NCBI RefSeq assembly: GCF_018977255.1
Contig: NW_024704743.1
Span: 51,400,001-51,464,000 of the forward strand
Length of the DNA stretch: 64,000 nucleotides
From: Callorhinchus milii
Taxonomy: Eukaryota
Direction of reading: 5' to 3'
Both the position numbers and the translations under genes were made by a program. This document shows, one piece after another, positions 63,659 to 64,000 of the stretch (positions are counted from its first letter, which is position 1; each line of letters starts with the position of its first letter). The notes beneath the pieces were generated by a model, which ran no database searches, was not told where the DNA came from, and worked only from the letters and a program-made list of their open reading frames with translations.

Positions 63659-63765
63659 ATAATAACAATAATAATAATCCTTGCATTTGAAGTAGTGCCT
63701 TATCACCTCCTCGAAACCTCTCAAAGCATTTCACAGTATACACTGTAAAGTGAATTGACTATATT
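63659..63765 (-). mobile_element. SINE 3' tail
   Basis: (AAT)n ccttgcatttga...gccttatcacc...tcaaagcatttcacagtatacactgtaaagtgaattgact. Confidence 0.85.
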
Positions 63766-64000
63766 TTGACTATATATTGCGCTCAGCAATTGGAGAATGT
63801 GGCTGCACAGATAGATCATGCCGTGAAACAAATTCCTTATGGGGAACTTTTCAACCGAGGCTTAAAAATAGGTATACAAGAGTTATGCAAAAATATTTAA
63901 AATAGGCAACTGAGCTTGTTAAAAGGCCATGACTGAATAAACCTAACATTTCTGCTCATGTGGGAGGTCATTTAAAATGGTGACTTAATGCCTCCTGATC

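Noticed and set aside
1..64000. Recurrent ~60-nt tail motif as a possible CRISPR-like or satellite array
   Set aside because: Copies are dispersed, on both strands and irregularly spaced, as expected for retroposon 3' ends in a vertebrate genome

Overview
AT-rich, repeat-dense vertebrate non-coding DNA with no host protein-coding exon that I can support, so it is probably a large intron or a gene desert. The repeat spectrum points to a cartilaginous fish, probably a chimaera (inference from recalled family consensus sequences). Retroelements: two young CR1 LINE fragments (1-812 and 40309-41753), many old CR1 3' ends, a near full-length but decayed single-ORF L2 LINE (23355-26726, with endonuclease and RT motifs), further L2 3' fragments, and two tRNA-derived SINE families (a Deu-domain family and a younger CORE-like 'family A') that both carry the L2 3' stem-loop tail. 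Also present are at least four LF-SINE-like relics, several non-autonomous DNA-transposon or palindromic elements, a possible solo LTR and an unclassified two-copy repeat. Repeat-free, motif-rich islands between these look like conserved non-coding enhancers. The most notable structures are a spacer-less head-to-head fusion of two L2 3' ends (17974-18090), recurrent tail-to-tail SINE hairpins, and nested insertions that give a relative age order. Most boundaries of old repeats are approximate, and no database search was run.
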